From positions 186,001 through 250,000 of IMG/VR virus record IMGVR_UViG_3300027969_000039: a DNA stretch of 64,000 nt; one strand, written 5' to 3'. Each line of letters opens with the position of its first letter. Position 1 is the stretch's first letter. Below are positions 21,218-32,239 of this stretch, piece by piece. Below the pieces are notes generated by a model. The model was not told the DNA's origin. It saw only the letters and a program-made list of their open reading frames with translations, and did not search any database. Both the position numbers and the translations under genes were made by a program.

Positions 21218-24200
21218 TTATGCTATCTGTAATTCGGCGGGTGTCAAAGCCGCAATGACAAGTACATCATTTGAAGTCGCTGCATTTACAAAAATTTCGT
21301 AAGGCAAACATTTAATCTCATACAAATCTCCAAATTTCATTGTTGGATCATTGGGTACTAATACACATGAACTAACATACTCTCCAATTTGATTATGTAT
21401 GTACGCACTTAATTCACTAAAGTAAAAAGTATCTCCAAAGTCCCAATTGTTAATATTAAAGTAATTATTCATGGCGGTCAAAGTTGCACTACGAATTTCA
21501 CTATCACTCGCATTCGTTGCAGAATTTTTAATTACTTTAATTGTTCCTCTTAATGCGGCTGCTGCTTTAGCACCAAATAATGGTTTAAACACTACACTGT
21601 TTATAATAGTATTATCAGTCAACATTTTATAATCTTGTACTTTACTATACTCAGTAGTTAAATCATTAATAGTTGGTTTAGTTGGCATAGGCACAGTACC
21701 AGTAGTATCTTGTATCCAATTTTGATATTCAGTATAATATGCTTGTGTTACCACGTATAAATCAATAATATTAGTGGTTGCAGGGTCAATGCGTGTAGTG
21801 TTATTACTGTTATGACGATATTGGAATTGCAATCCTTGACGCCCTGGTTTCATACTATATTGTGGTTGCTCAACTAAAGTATAGTACGGAGTAGTTATTG
21901 TTGGATCTTGTACAGTTATGTAAAATACATTATCTGTATAAGCATAGAACAATTGTCCTTCTGAATAATCATATTTTACAACATCTATATCTGTTGCAGT
22001 TGCATATTGATATGAAACAGTAGTGCTTGAAATTAATTCTGTTCTAGTTAGATTGATAGCATCCTGTATTTCTTCAAAAAAAGTGTATATTCCAATATTA
22101 GTATTTCCAGTTACATATCCGGTAACATCATAAAAGAAATCTGGATTGTCTACTACCGTTCTATTATTAACATCAATACTAGCAACTTGAACTTCAAAAT
22201 CATTTATATAACCATCACTTTCAACTGTTTGACCAATGATACTACTACTAACTGCTTTAGCCAAAGGATAATTTGAATTTGGTTGTGTATTAGTAGCGAG
22301 AATGTTTATAAAGTCTTGCAATATTAGTCCAGAAAAAGGATCATATACTAATTTACCAGCTTCATATGTAAATCTAGTATCAGCTACACTACCAAAGTAA
22401 TAATTCAATGATTTATAAGTAACCGTATATCTATTGTATCCAGTGCTAGTAAATTTAACAAAATATCCAGTTTGTGACGTAGGGTCTACACTCCATCTAT
22501 CTTGTGCAATAGTTAACGAATTATCAAATACTAAAGTAAAATTTTGTTGTAGTTCTAATCTAATGATACATTCATTGGTTACTGTATTAGGTAACGTATT
22601 TTGAAACGCTGGAATTACAGTGGTGATAATTGCACCTGTAGGAATATAGTTGTTTAATGTAATTGGACCGGTACCATTGGCAAATTGTCCTAATCCATTA
22701 TTATATCCATCACCTATAACATTTAATACAGTTGTCCAAATAGATGTTATATTAGATGGACCAGCAACACCGTATACTAATCTATTATTACTATCGAAAT
22801 AGTAACTATCGGGTGCTATAAATTTTATCAATGCACCTTTGGTTAAATACTTTAAGTTGTATGTTGAATATGTGCCGGCTGGAATTGGAGTATCATTTCC
22901 GTTTATCAAATCATAAAAATAACCAGTCGAACTATTAGCATCTACTGTGCTAGTATGCCAATATATTAAATCATCATCAGAACTTATAGTAGTACTGTAC
23001 CTAGGATAGTTCTGAACATAATATTGCAGTGACTTATTATCACCCAATATATTAGACAACGTATCGTTTAAGAAGGTTTGTATATCACTAAGATTAGTAA
23101 TGTTTAGTAATGCATACCCATCAGTATCATCTAACCAAATGCCACCGTCATTTGCATAACTGTTAGTACTACTATATTTTCCAGTTGGGTCAAGTAAATC
23201 TAAATTTTTACTTACACCCACACTACTACGATTAATCGCTTTACTTTTAATAATTGAACTGTACAGAGTATACGGAAAGTTATTGTAATCTTCTCCATTA
23301 ACCATACGATTTTGTGTATAGTAACGACTTGGCGCTCTTTGTTTGATATCAGCTAATGTTTCTCTAGCCTGTGCGTTTGTGACAGGGGTTTGCAAAGATA
23401 AACCAATTGTCAATGTCTCTACACGACCAACTCTACTAACATAATTCATTGTAACAGTAAGATTTTGAATTTGTGTAGGTTGAATAGTATAGGTCAATGC
23501 ATTGCCTGCACGAACATATGCTCTAAAGTTACCAACTGGAATTTCACTAAACACCCCATCACCAAAAACATAACTCACTTGGTCATTGAATCTACTGTTT
23601 ACAGAATAAATTTGTCTAACACTATTTTGTGTTTGTAGATATGCATTTGCATAGATGTTATCTACTTTAATCCAAAGACCAAACGTACCATTTGTTTGAC
23701 TTATTTGATATAGCCATGTGTCAGTATTATTAACACCTTGTATAGACCCAATATCAAGCACTTGATTAGCTATTTGATTTTGATATGCAAAATCAAAATT
23801 TTGTAATGACCCTTGCTTGAAGTAAAAGAAAAATCCTGTGTTTGGACTACCGTAACCTAATTTATCGTTACGATACAACATATTAAATTGACTGGTAGGT
23901 GCAGGAGGAATTTCATATACATAATCTTCACCTACTGTACTGACACTACACAATTCAAAATTCATGTTCATCCCGTTAACTGTGGTAGAAAATGGTACAA
24001 CAGGACTAGTTCCAGCTGGAATTTGTAATGTATATTCGTCTGTTTTTACTCCGAGAATTTGTGCAGAGTTTGCAGGAAGGCCCACACGTTGTGTGTTTAC
24101 CAATGCTGCATTAATAATTGTATTATATTGTTCTAACCAATTTGGGTTAGCCGGGTCGTTCCACAATATAGGAATATTAGCTAGGTTAAATCCATTCAAA

Positions 24201-24592
24201 TCAGTAAGATTTTGAGTAGTACGAACACTAGTTACTTTCAAGTAACCTTCTGCTGTTAAATTTCGTTTAGGCGTATAGCTTACAAGATTAGCTAATTTGA
24301 TAACACTGTCTCTGCGTTCAGCAGTATCAATAAAGTTTTCACGGGTATTTAAGTCGTTGCGGAAAGCAAGACCTTGGCCCATAAACGCCATAACGTCAAG
24401 CAATGCAATAAATTCTGAACTCTCAATATAATCATTGAACGTTTCAGGATAGTATATACGTAGATAATCTATGAAACTTTTACGTAATGTTTCATAGTCA
24501 TAACTACGGAAATCTGCCTGTTGGAAAGTCTGATAAATGGTTTTCCAGTCATTTACCCCAAATATTGCTGATTGTCTTGAACTTGTAGCCAT
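21218..24592 (-). CDS. gp6: Baseplate wedge subunit, T4 gp6-like
   Basis: DYETLRKSFIDYL...FNDYIESSEFIALLDVMAF...ENFIDTAERRDSVIKLA; VFGDGVF; ETLADIKQRAP...QNRMVNGEDY, all characteristic of the gp6/baseplate-J family. Confidence 0.9.
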   Translation of the reverse strand: MATSSRQSAIFGVNDWKTIYQTFQQADFRSYDYETLRKSFIDYLRIYYPETFNDYIESSEFIALLDVMAFMGQGLAFRNDLNTRENFIDTAERRDSVIKLANLVSYTPKRNLTAEGYLKVTSVRTTQNLTDLNGFNLANIPILWNDPANPNWLEQYNTIINAALVNTQRVGLPANSAQILGVKTDEYTLQIPAGTSPVVPFSTTVNGMNMNFELCSVSTVGEDYVYEIPPAPTSQFNMLYRNDKLGYGSPNTGFFFYFKQGSLQNFDFAYQNQIANQVLDIGSIQGVNNTDTWLYQISQTNGTFGLWIKVDNIYANAYLQTQNSVRQIYSVNSRFNDQVSYVFGDGVFSEIPVGNFRAYVRAGNALTYTIQPTQIQNLTVTMNYVSRVGRVETLTIGLSLQTPVTNAQARETLADIKQRAPSRYYTQNRMVNGEDYNNFPYTLYSSIIKSKAINRSSVGVSKNLDLLDPTGKYSSTNSYANDGGIWLDDTDGYALLNITNLSDIQTFLNDTLSNILGDNKSLQYYVQNYPRYSTTISSDDDLIYWHTSTVDANSSTGYFYDLINGNDTPIPAGTYSTYNLKYLTKGALIKFIAPDSYYFDSNNRLVYGVAGPSNITSIWTTVLNVIGDGYNNGLGQFANGTGPITLNNYIPTGAIITTVIPAFQNTLPNTVTNECIIRLELQQNFTLVFDNSLTIAQDRWSVDPTSQTGYFVKFTSTGYNRYTVTYKSLNYYFGSVADTRFTYEAGKLVYDPFSGLILQDFINILATNTQPNSNYPLAKAVSSSIIGQTVESDGYINDFEVQVASIDVNNRTVVDNPDFFYDVTGYVTGNTNIGIYTFFEEIQDAINLTRTELISSTTVSYQYATATDIDVVKYDYSEGQLFYAYTDNVFYITVQDPTITTPYYTLVEQPQYSMKPGRQGLQFQYRHNSNNTTRIDPATTNIIDLYVVTQAYYTEYQNWIQDTTGTVPMPTKPTINDLTTEYSKVQDYKMLTDNTIINSVVFKPLFGAKAAAALRGTIKVIKNSATNASDSEIRSATLTAMNNYFNINNWDFGDTFYFSELSAYIHNQIGEYVSSCVLVPNDPTMKFGDLYEIKCLPYEIFVNAATSNDVLVIAALTPAELQIA

Positions 24593-24609
24593 AAGTATTC
24601 TCTTTTAAG

Positions 24610-24616
24610 TATTTAT
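24610..24616 (-). promoter_or_regulatory. T4-type late promoter (ATAAATA)
   Basis: GATAAATAC in the gp25-gp6 intergenic region. Confidence 0.55.
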
Positions 24617-24643
24617 CATACTTGAAAACATGGGTTTTTTAGG

Positions 24644-25093
24644 TTACTGAATAGAAGCAGTATTGGTAGCATTATTAAAAAATACGTTTAATAACTGCGC
24701 TTGATTGAAGGGAGATACTGCTAATTCTAATTCTAACAATATTCCGTTTTCTTGCGGGAAGGCTCTGACTGAATTCAATATTAATCTTGGATCTAATCCA
24801 GCTACCCTGCGTATTTCAGTTTCTAATTGAAACTGTACATCTGCTGTATTTGGCTCAAAAACAAAGGACCAAAGCGTGGTTCCATACCCTGGTTGTCCTA
24901 CTTTTTGACCTTGCGATATATTCAACGCATTTACAAAATCTTGTAGTACTAATGGAACATCCACTAACATAAATTTATTTCCAATATTTACTGGATCGAT
25001 TAGTGAACCGGTACCTCCCGCTGGACCAGTAGGTAAATTAGTTGACCTAGGTTCGTTTGCTGTTATGGTACTGAATCCGACGTATGAGGGCAT
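24644..25093 (-). CDS. gp25: Baseplate wedge/sheath initiator, gp25/GPW family
   Basis: QGQKVGQPGYGTTLWSFVFEP...IRRVAGLDPRL matches the gp25 G-E-R-x-x-x-P-x-F-G...FEP...EPR pattern; 149 aa; lies between spike and gp6. Confidence 0.85.
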   Translation of the reverse strand: MPSYVGFSTITANEPRSTNLPTGPAGGTGSLIDPVNIGNKFMLVDVPLVLQDFVNALNISQGQKVGQPGYGTTLWSFVFEPNTADVQFQLETEIRRVAGLDPRLILNSVRAFPQENGILLELELAVSPFNQAQLLNVFFNNATNTASIQ

Positions 25094-25097
25094 GATG

Positions 25098-25104
25098 TAT
25101 TTAT
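25098..25104 (-). promoter_or_regulatory. T4-type late promoter (ATAAATA)
   Basis: CATAAATAC, 4 nt before the gp25 ATG; no Shine-Dalgarno in between. Confidence 0.55.
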
Positions 25105-25105
25105 G

Positions 25106-28100
25106 TTATGTTGGCGCTGGTTCGCCGGTAATTAAAGTATATTGTTTTCTTTGCAATTCTACTATTTTCTTATCTAACTCATCTAAATCTTGTTGTGCTG
25201 CAACAGATGCCCCTTCAAGTACCGCAATTTCTAGATCACCTTGTGGTAATTTTTGTTTAGCTTCTGATGCTTTATATTTTGCTTTTGTAGAAACTTTAAA
25301 TACATCCCAACGTTTTTCTTTTAAATCTGCTATTTCTTTTATTACGGCTTCTTGTTCTGCTATAGATGCACTGTCTGAATTAATTTTATTTGACATTGGT
25401 GGCATACCAGAGAAGTTTGGCCTTGGAATTTTATTGCTACCCAACATTGAATTAATCTGAGAAGTTAATTGACTTCTATCAACTGTTCCTGTTGCAACAG
25501 TTGGTAATTTAACTGGGGAAGAACCGCCTGAATTCATGGCATTAACACTAGCAGTTAAGGATGCGGCCGCAGACGGTGGTAATCCGCTAGTAGCTAACGC
25601 AGATAATGGCACTTTTTTTGTTTTTTCTATGTTTTGTGTTATTGCTGTACTCTCTGAACTTATAGTAGACACATCAGTATTAACTGTGTTGCTCAATCGT
25701 CCCGCAGATAATGAGGCGACCGTACTAGCAGCGGCTGCTGGTTTTGGTATGTTATTCATTGCAACGGCAGAAGCATTTCTAATTACTGCTCCCCATGGGG
25801 CAAGCCCGGGAATTGAACTTACTGAATTTACTGCTATGTTTCCAATAGTTTTAACATTCACTGGTGTTCCGGTTGCAACAGCACCAATCGTTACTGCTGC
25901 AATAGCAGACAATCCACCAGGCAATGCTCCTACTCCACTACCCCCGCCATTTCTTCTATTAGTTGGACTTCCGGCACTAAGTGCTGCATTGAGACTTGAT
26001 GTAACCAATGCACTTACTTGGCCTTGAGTTACTTTCTTTCCAGTTGCAACAGAAGTAGTTAATCCTATGCTCTGTGCTATCAATGATGCTGTTGCTGAAT
26101 TTATTTTCTTTCCACCATTAGCTGCACCAATTTGTGCTACTGAGCCAACTAATCCATTAATTTGACCTTGAGTAATGCTTTTCCCACTAGCTAGTGTTTG
26201 TGATAATCCTATACTTTGAGTTATTAATGAATTAGGAAGACCGTTTTTGCCTTGAGTGCTGTTTACTGCTCCAACAATTGCACCAATCTGACCAGCACTA
26301 AGATTTTTACCACTAGATAATGTTTGACCTATGCCAATACTTGCTCCTATCAATGATGCTGATTGTTTTGCAGCAGTGCTTGTTCCGCCCGTCGCTGCTC
26401 CTATTGAACTAACTAATGAACCAATTTGACCTTGACTTAGATTTTTTCCACTAGTCAATGTTTGTGATATTCCAATTCCTTGTTTTAATAATCCGGCAGT
26501 AGCACCACTAATTGTGCTATTCTTTCCGCCACTTGCTAATGCAGTAACAGTTGACATTAACAATGCACTAGTCTGCGGACTCATTCCACTAGCAACTTTT
26601 TTTGCAGCGTTTAAGCTAGATGTTGCTGCATTTGTGCCGGGCATTGTTTGTAATGCTGCTACTTGTGACGCGGGCAATGCTGCAATTTCTTCTGCTACCG
26701 CTTGTTCTTCTGAATTTTTTGCTGCTATAGCTGTTAAGTTTTGTGGAACGTTTGCTTGTAAAGGTTTAAACGATTTTGTTATTGCACCAAATGCTGATGC
26801 TGCAAGACTTTTTACTGATGCAACTGCACCAGCACCTCCATTTTTAGCAGCTGGTCCTAATCCAGCGAGTGAAGTAGAGATTGAACTTAATCCGCCCGCA
26901 TTTGTTGAAAGATTTGATGCAAAATTACCTGACGCAATTGCAGATGCTACATTACCGCCTGCCCCTTTCAATGAATCAGCTAGTCCACCGGGTGCTGAAG
27001 GTAAGGTGATATCAGAAGTTACTCCTCTTGCTGCATCAGCTAACGCACCTAAACCAGATGAACCTAATGCTGATGCGGCACCTGAAGTAGTAACGCCTGA
27101 TGCAGTTTTAATAAAATCAACAGTTGGTGCTACGCCAACTGTCGCAGCAGCGTTTACTACACCTGCAATTGCGCCAGGTGCTTCTTTGCCCGTAATGACT
27201 CCTGCAGTAGTTAATGCCGTTTGTGCTTGTTGCAGTGTTGCAGCTTTAGCAACTACTTGCGCCCCTGTATTTTGTACAAACGCATTAAGATTTTCTGCAC
27301 CGGGTTTACCAGTAAACATACTATCTGGCATTGCAGTTGACACATCTACTCCACCTTGCACCAAACTTGTAGCTAATGCAGCAGACCCCGGTTTAATAAC
27401 CATAGCTGCTTCCATTTGTTGTGGAGTCATTGCTAGTTTTCCTACTGCTGCATTAGTTTCACCTGCTGCATCCGCTATAACTCCTGTACCAGATGCAACC
27501 ACTTCTGGTGCTACTTCTGATGCGTTTACTGCTGCTGCACTAACCATTGCACTAGAGACATTTGTATCTAAACTTTCACTTACGGCTGGTATAGGAGGAA
27601 CCGTAGAAGTTAACGCTGCATTAGTTGTGACTTCTGGCGTAGCTGCGGTTGTCTGATTAGCATTTTCAAGTGCAGGACTTTCTTGTGCAGGAAGACTATC
27701 TGCTGGTGAAGATGATACGCTTACATCTACACCTTGCCCTGCATTAGCCCATGGCATGTGTGCAGGCGCTCTAGTAACAATTGTTTTTAACAATGCAGGC
27801 GCTGCTGCAAATCCTACTTTAGGATCATTTAATGTATCAGTATGTGCTATTTGTGTTATTAGTGGTACTTCATTTGGTGTTACTGAAGTAGAACCAGTGT
27901 TAAGATTAATCTTACTACCATTAACAAACATAGTTCCACCACTAGCATATGACCCTTCGCCGGATCCAAACATACTCATTGAACCGTTAACTTTAATAGT
28001 ATACGTTCCTAATACATATCCACTAAAATTACTACCTGCTCTCCATCCAATATTGGTAGCAGCGTTTATGTTTATGTTGTCGGCTGCTATGTTTAAATCT

Positions 28101-29140
28101 TTTTTAGCATTAATGTTTATATTATTGTCTGCATGTAAATTCAAATCACCTTGTGTTCTAACATTGACGCTATTCATTGCATATACATCAACTGTACCTT
28201 CTGTGCCTAACTCAATATAACTTTGCCCATTGCTATGAATAATCTGTAATGTTTGCCCATCGTCACTCATCAATATCTGATGACCTTGAATTGTTCTAAT
28301 TCGTACTAATTGGTCTTTGCCATATATGTCACCATCGTCCATGACAATGCTATGTCCGCCACGGCGTGATATAACTTGTAATGCTTCTAATGAGCCTTCA
28401 CTACCTTTTTCTAGTACATCTTCATCTCTATAACCACCTTGGTAGATTGGTCTTCCTGGTGTGCTAATTCCCCAGCCAACTCGTGACGGACTTTCACGCA
28501 ATGCGCTACTGCTTATTGGACCTCTGATTGGATCTCTAAGTAAGCCTTGTTGTTGATAAATTCCGGCTGCATAGCTATGAATAGGTCTTGCTTCATTTAA
28601 GAAATTTTCACTATCAGTTATGCTTTTATTATTTGTGTTTAGATTAGAAACAGGCAACTTAGGTGCGCCGCCTGTTTGTGCTGCTTCACCTGCGTTTGGT
28701 ACAATATGGTCAGACGATCCAATGGCAGGAATCATTTGTAATAGTTCTGGTTCTAGTATTCCACCTATATAGTATCCGTAATTTGAATCGCCATTTATAA
28801 AAATACAAACTACTGTGCTACCAAGGTCAGGTGGACTAAACCACATGCCATATGAACTTGGATTTGTTTCATAAGTACCGTAATCTGTCGAATCACTTCC
28901 TGCTACTGCGGGAGTACTGCCAAAGAAAGGACTCATGTAATTTACAGTAGTCCAATTTGAATCATCATTGGGATCTGAACCACCAAAATCTTCTATATAA
29001 ACATCTATCCTGCCAGCATGAGTATTATCAATATTATTTTTAACTATTCCAAGCACAGGCAAATTACGCAGTACGCCGCCGCCTGCGTCTGGTTTGCTTC
29101 TTTTGTTTTGTCCTTTGGGACTAAAATTATTCTCTGCCAT
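25106..29140 (-). CDS. gp5: Baseplate central spike, gp5/VgrG/gpV-like (OB-fold + beta-helix) with long C-terminal extension, 1344 aa
   Basis: N-terminal OB-fold (GIVKNNIDNTHAGRIDVYI...SYGMWFSPPDLGSTVVCIF), RRGGHSIVMDD...GHQILMSD, beta-helix repeats ending GSKINLN, then about 900 aa of Ala/Ser/Gly-rich sequence. Confidence 0.8.
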   Translation of the reverse strand: MAENNFSPKGQNKRSKPDAGGGVLRNLPVLGIVKNNIDNTHAGRIDVYIEDFGGSDPNDDSNWTTVNYMSPFFGSTPAVAGSDSTDYGTYETNPSSYGMWFSPPDLGSTVVCIFINGDSNYGYYIGGILEPELLQMIPAIGSSDHIVPNAGEAAQTGGAPKLPVSNLNTNNKSITDSENFLNEARPIHSYAAGIYQQQGLLRDPIRGPISSSALRESPSRVGWGISTPGRPIYQGGYRDEDVLEKGSEGSLEALQVISRRGGHSIVMDDGDIYGKDQLVRIRTIQGHQILMSDDGQTLQIIHSNGQSYIELGTEGTVDVYAMNSVNVRTQGDLNLHADNNININAKKDLNIAADNININAATNIGWRAGSNFSGYVLGTYTIKVNGSMSMFGSGEGSYASGGTMFVNGSKINLNTGSTSVTPNEVPLITQIAHTDTLNDPKVGFAAAPALLKTIVTRAPAHMPWANAGQGVDVSVSSSPADSLPAQESPALENANQTTAATPEVTTNAALTSTVPPIPAVSESLDTNVSSAMVSAAAVNASEVAPEVVASGTGVIADAAGETNAAVGKLAMTPQQMEAAMVIKPGSAALATSLVQGGVDVSTAMPDSMFTGKPGAENLNAFVQNTGAQVVAKAATLQQAQTALTTAGVITGKEAPGAIAGVVNAAATVGVAPTVDFIKTASGVTTSGAASALGSSGLGALADAARGVTSDITLPSAPGGLADSLKGAGGNVASAIASGNFASNLSTNAGGLSSISTSLAGLGPAAKNGGAGAVASVKSLAASAFGAITKSFKPLQANVPQNLTAIAAKNSEEQAVAEEIAALPASQVAALQTMPGTNAATSSLNAAKKVASGMSPQTSALLMSTVTALASGGKNSTISGATAGLLKQGIGISQTLTSGKNLSQGQIGSLVSSIGAATGGTSTAAKQSASLIGASIGIGQTLSSGKNLSAGQIGAIVGAVNSTQGKNGLPNSLITQSIGLSQTLASGKSITQGQINGLVGSVAQIGAANGGKKINSATASLIAQSIGLTTSVATGKKVTQGQVSALVTSSLNAALSAGSPTNRRNGGGSGVGALPGGLSAIAAVTIGAVATGTPVNVKTIGNIAVNSVSSIPGLAPWGAVIRNASAVAMNNIPKPAAAASTVASLSAGRLSNTVNTDVSTISSESTAITQNIEKTKKVPLSALATSGLPPSAAASLTASVNAMNSGGSSPVKLPTVATGTVDRSQLTSQINSMLGSNKIPRPNFSGMPPMSNKINSDSASIAEQEAVIKEIADLKEKRWDVFKVSTKAKYKASEAKQKLPQGDLEIAVLEGASVAAQQDLDELDKKIVELQRKQYTLITGEPAPT

Positions 29141-29155
29141 AGTAATTATTTAATA

Positions 29156-31927
29156 TTAACGTCTTTGTCTAGGATTTATATTCCCAGCATCATCATTTTG
29201 TACACCTTGTTTGTTAAGTTTTGTTTGATCTTGCACTGGTTTTCTTTCTACAAATATTAAATTATCTTCGTCCCATTTAAGTTTTCTTACTTTACCTGCT
29301 TCAGTTGTTTTTTCTGCGGTAGCAACATTTTTAACGGTTGTTCCTTGTCCTGTGGACGTAGGTGCAGTGCCAGTAGAAACTCCTCCGCGTTTAACATTGC
29401 CACCCGGAGTGTACTTTGGTACAGAAGGTGTCGTATTACCTGTTCTAGTTTTTGTCTGATTAGCTTTAGCTGCACTAGTTGTCGCTGCTGTTCCAGTACC
29501 TGAATTAGTAGGTTGAAAGACTGGCACAGTTTTTACTTGATTGAATGCAGCAAAAGGAGATTCAGCTTCTTTACTCTGTTCAATTGGATCATCTGCAAAT
29601 ATACCTGGAACTCCAGTTAAATCTTGCAAGAAAGTTCCTTTATTAAATTTACTTACCACTTTTATTAACATTATTGAGACACCGCCGCCTCGCTCATTAA
29701 TTTTTGTTTGTATATATTTTGGATGAGGATATATATTTATAGACTGATTAATGTCCATTGTCCCGGTATCATTATTATAATCTTTGGGTTCTTTGAAATT
29801 GATTTCAATAAATACTTGCCCGCCGTTTGCACTTACCGTATACCCATCAGTTCCATAATATTCATCATACAAATCATTTATACTACTAGCTGCTGGTTGC
29901 ATTAAAAAGTCAGGATCACCTAATATAGTTATGTTAGTTTCAGCCCAAGCTGCCGGATCATATAAACTAGATATATATGAATTTTGTGTTTCCATATTAT
30001 AATTAGGTCTACCTTGTCTTGCTTGTCCAGTTGGTTGTCCAACTGCCACCGGGAAAGAAAATCCGTTACCGGATGCAGACGGAGAAATTCCAGCACCATC
30101 AAGTACTACATTATAAAATGCATTATTAAATGTTTGCTCAAATTTAATTACTTCAGTATTCAATCCAGTGAACCAATACTCATACCTTTTATGTGGTCCA
30201 TAGTATGGAGTAGTTACATCAGAATATGCGCCAACTGAAACAGGTGTGCTATATGGTTGAATGATAAATTTAGTTTTAAAAACAAAATCATTCTGTTTTT
30301 TATCCCACGCTTTGACTACTACTTCAGCACTAATTGTATACCATTTAATGCTCACAGTTTTATTTGAATTGTCAATTACATCAGATGACTCTTGCTTAGA
30401 TCCAGTATTATCAAGTCGTGATTTTTTTATGATATTCAATGCATCTTCTAGGTATGCACTTTGTTTAATTATTTCGTCTACTGCTTGAATGATAGGTATG
30501 CCTGTGCCAACACTAATTGTTTTTAAATTATTGTTTGGTTTTGCTCCTGTTTGTGCAGTTACTGCATTAGATTGTTCAGTTGAGGTAGCTGTAGTACTTG
30601 TGGGAGTTCTTCTTTTGTCTCTATCTGCTTGACTTAAAAGTGATGCTTTTGCTATTAAATCTTTTGCTTCACCTAAAAATTCAATATCCCATTCGTTAGC
30701 ATATTCTATTTCTTTATTATCTAAACGTGTTTGTTGTTCTTTATTTAAAGTAGATAATAATCCCCATGCTCCTTGTGTAGCATCAGTTCCTGCATGAGCA
30801 CCATTGGCACCACCTGCTTTAGAAACACCGTTTTGATTTCCTCCAATCAATGCATCATATACAGTACTACCAGTTATACTAGCACCTGACCAAACTATAC
30901 CTTTTTTAGTATCAAATGCTTCAGAGCCAGGAATTGATTTAGCTTCACAATTGTACACAACTGATTGTCCACCAAGCCTAAAATCCATTTTTGATATTAT
31001 AATATCATAATATCTTTCATATAATCCAATACCAGTGCCTCCCATATCTTGAAGTTTACTAGGATCAATTACATTTCCTTGATTATCGTACCCCAAAAAT
31101 CTTATCCCTAAAATATAAAACTGTCTAACTGGGTTTGAAGTATCACCGTAACCCGGGGTTGGACACATTTGTTTTAATTGATCTTGCGCTCGTTTTAATC
31201 TTGATATAAAAGAAAACCCATATGGTTCAGTTATTTTAAAAGTTATGTCTGTTACATTTGTGGCACTTTGTGTTTCTTTTCCAGTGATAGCCTGTGTTAT
31301 CACCAAATCATCTATGTAAAAATCTACATCGAATCCCGGAGCACGTTCATTTGGTCCGCTATTATTAACTCCGCCACTTTGTGCAATTAGATATGCTGCT
31401 CCTCTTTTTACTGTTTGAACACTAGACGGGGCAGGTGGAGAACTATTAGGAGAAGTAGTGCCAATATTAGTGGTACCGTCTGCTGATCTTGGTTGTACTT
31501 CAACCGTAGTTTGATTAGCTTGATCTATTGTTGCTTGACCAGCAGCAGTAATATTTTTAATTGCGTTTAAGTTTTTTCTTCCATCTAAAATAAATGCTTC
31601 ATAAGCGTCCGGCGTTATCATATACAACGAAAGTTGATATGTATAACTTGAAAAATTTGCTAAAGGATTTTTCCATCTTTTATTAGGAGATTCATTTTGT
31701 GCTGGTTTTGCTTCTGGGGTATCTGCTTTTCCTGCTTGTGTTGTTCCTGCTAATCCTTCATCTGCTGGTACAGCAATTGGTTGGCTAGTTGCCATATTTC
31801 TTGGATGTGGGCCACTGTTTCCTGGATTTATTCTCTTTTTATTTGTCTTATCATCATTGGCTCTGTTTTGAGTAGAGGGAGCACCACGTTTAACAAGTCC
31901 ACCTGGATATACAGTTCTAGTTACCAT
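29156..31927 (-). CDS. Baseplate hub-like protein (gp27/late control D-like), 923 aa
   Basis: Sits between gp53-like and spike genes; NPLANFSSYTYQLSL, DFYIDDL, ITEPYG and a C-terminal ITILGDPDFL motif typical of hub proteins. Confidence 0.6.
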   Translation of the reverse strand: MVTRTVYPGGLVKRGAPSTQNRANDDKTNKKRINPGNSGPHPRNMATSQPIAVPADEGLAGTTQAGKADTPEAKPAQNESPNKRWKNPLANFSSYTYQLSLYMITPDAYEAFILDGRKNLNAIKNITAAGQATIDQANQTTVEVQPRSADGTTNIGTTSPNSSPPAPSSVQTVKRGAAYLIAQSGGVNNSGPNERAPGFDVDFYIDDLVITQAITGKETQSATNVTDITFKITEPYGFSFISRLKRAQDQLKQMCPTPGYGDTSNPVRQFYILGIRFLGYDNQGNVIDPSKLQDMGGTGIGLYERYYDIIISKMDFRLGGQSVVYNCEAKSIPGSEAFDTKKGIVWSGASITGSTVYDALIGGNQNGVSKAGGANGAHAGTDATQGAWGLLSTLNKEQQTRLDNKEIEYANEWDIEFLGEAKDLIAKASLLSQADRDKRRTPTSTTATSTEQSNAVTAQTGAKPNNNLKTISVGTGIPIIQAVDEIIKQSAYLEDALNIIKKSRLDNTGSKQESSDVIDNSNKTVSIKWYTISAEVVVKAWDKKQNDFVFKTKFIIQPYSTPVSVGAYSDVTTPYYGPHKRYEYWFTGLNTEVIKFEQTFNNAFYNVVLDGAGISPSASGNGFSFPVAVGQPTGQARQGRPNYNMETQNSYISSLYDPAAWAETNITILGDPDFLMQPAASSINDLYDEYYGTDGYTVSANGGQVFIEINFKEPKDYNNDTGTMDINQSINIYPHPKYIQTKINERGGGVSIMLIKVVSKFNKGTFLQDLTGVPGIFADDPIEQSKEAESPFAAFNQVKTVPVFQPTNSGTGTAATTSAAKANQTKTRTGNTTPSVPKYTPGGNVKRGGVSTGTAPTSTGQGTTVKNVATAEKTTEAGKVRKLKWDEDNLIFVERKPVQDQTKLNKQGVQNDDAGNINPRQRR

Positions 31928-31930
31928 CTA

Positions 31931-32239
31931 TTATATCCCTAACACTTGATTTATAGTAGTTCCCTTAGGCAAATATATGTTAGTACCTGCTACAAAATCA
32001 AAATAAGGATCTTTCAACATATTTGGATTTCTCATTGCAAATACCCACCACAATGTACTATTTGAATATAAATCATATGCTAATAAATCAGGTCGATATT
32101 CGTATACTGGTGTTATTTCCCAATATATATCCGACGGATCCATTGGTATAGGTCTATTAGACATAGTATCTAAATATTGACCGTTAACAATACTTGTATT
32201 GTAATACGGACTAGATGCCGGATATAAAGTGTTTATCAT
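31931..32239 (-). CDS. gp53: Baseplate wedge protein, gp53/LysM-like, 102 aa
   Basis: YEYRPDLLAYDLYSNSTLWWVFAMRNP...IYLP. Start reassigned to the ATG at 32239, which overlaps the upstream stop (TAATG). Confidence 0.8.
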   Translation of the reverse strand: MINTLYPASSPYYNTSIVNGQYLDTMSNRPIPMDPSDIYWEITPVYEYRPDLLAYDLYSNSTLWWVFAMRNPNMLKDPYFDFVAGTNIYLPKGTTINQVLGI

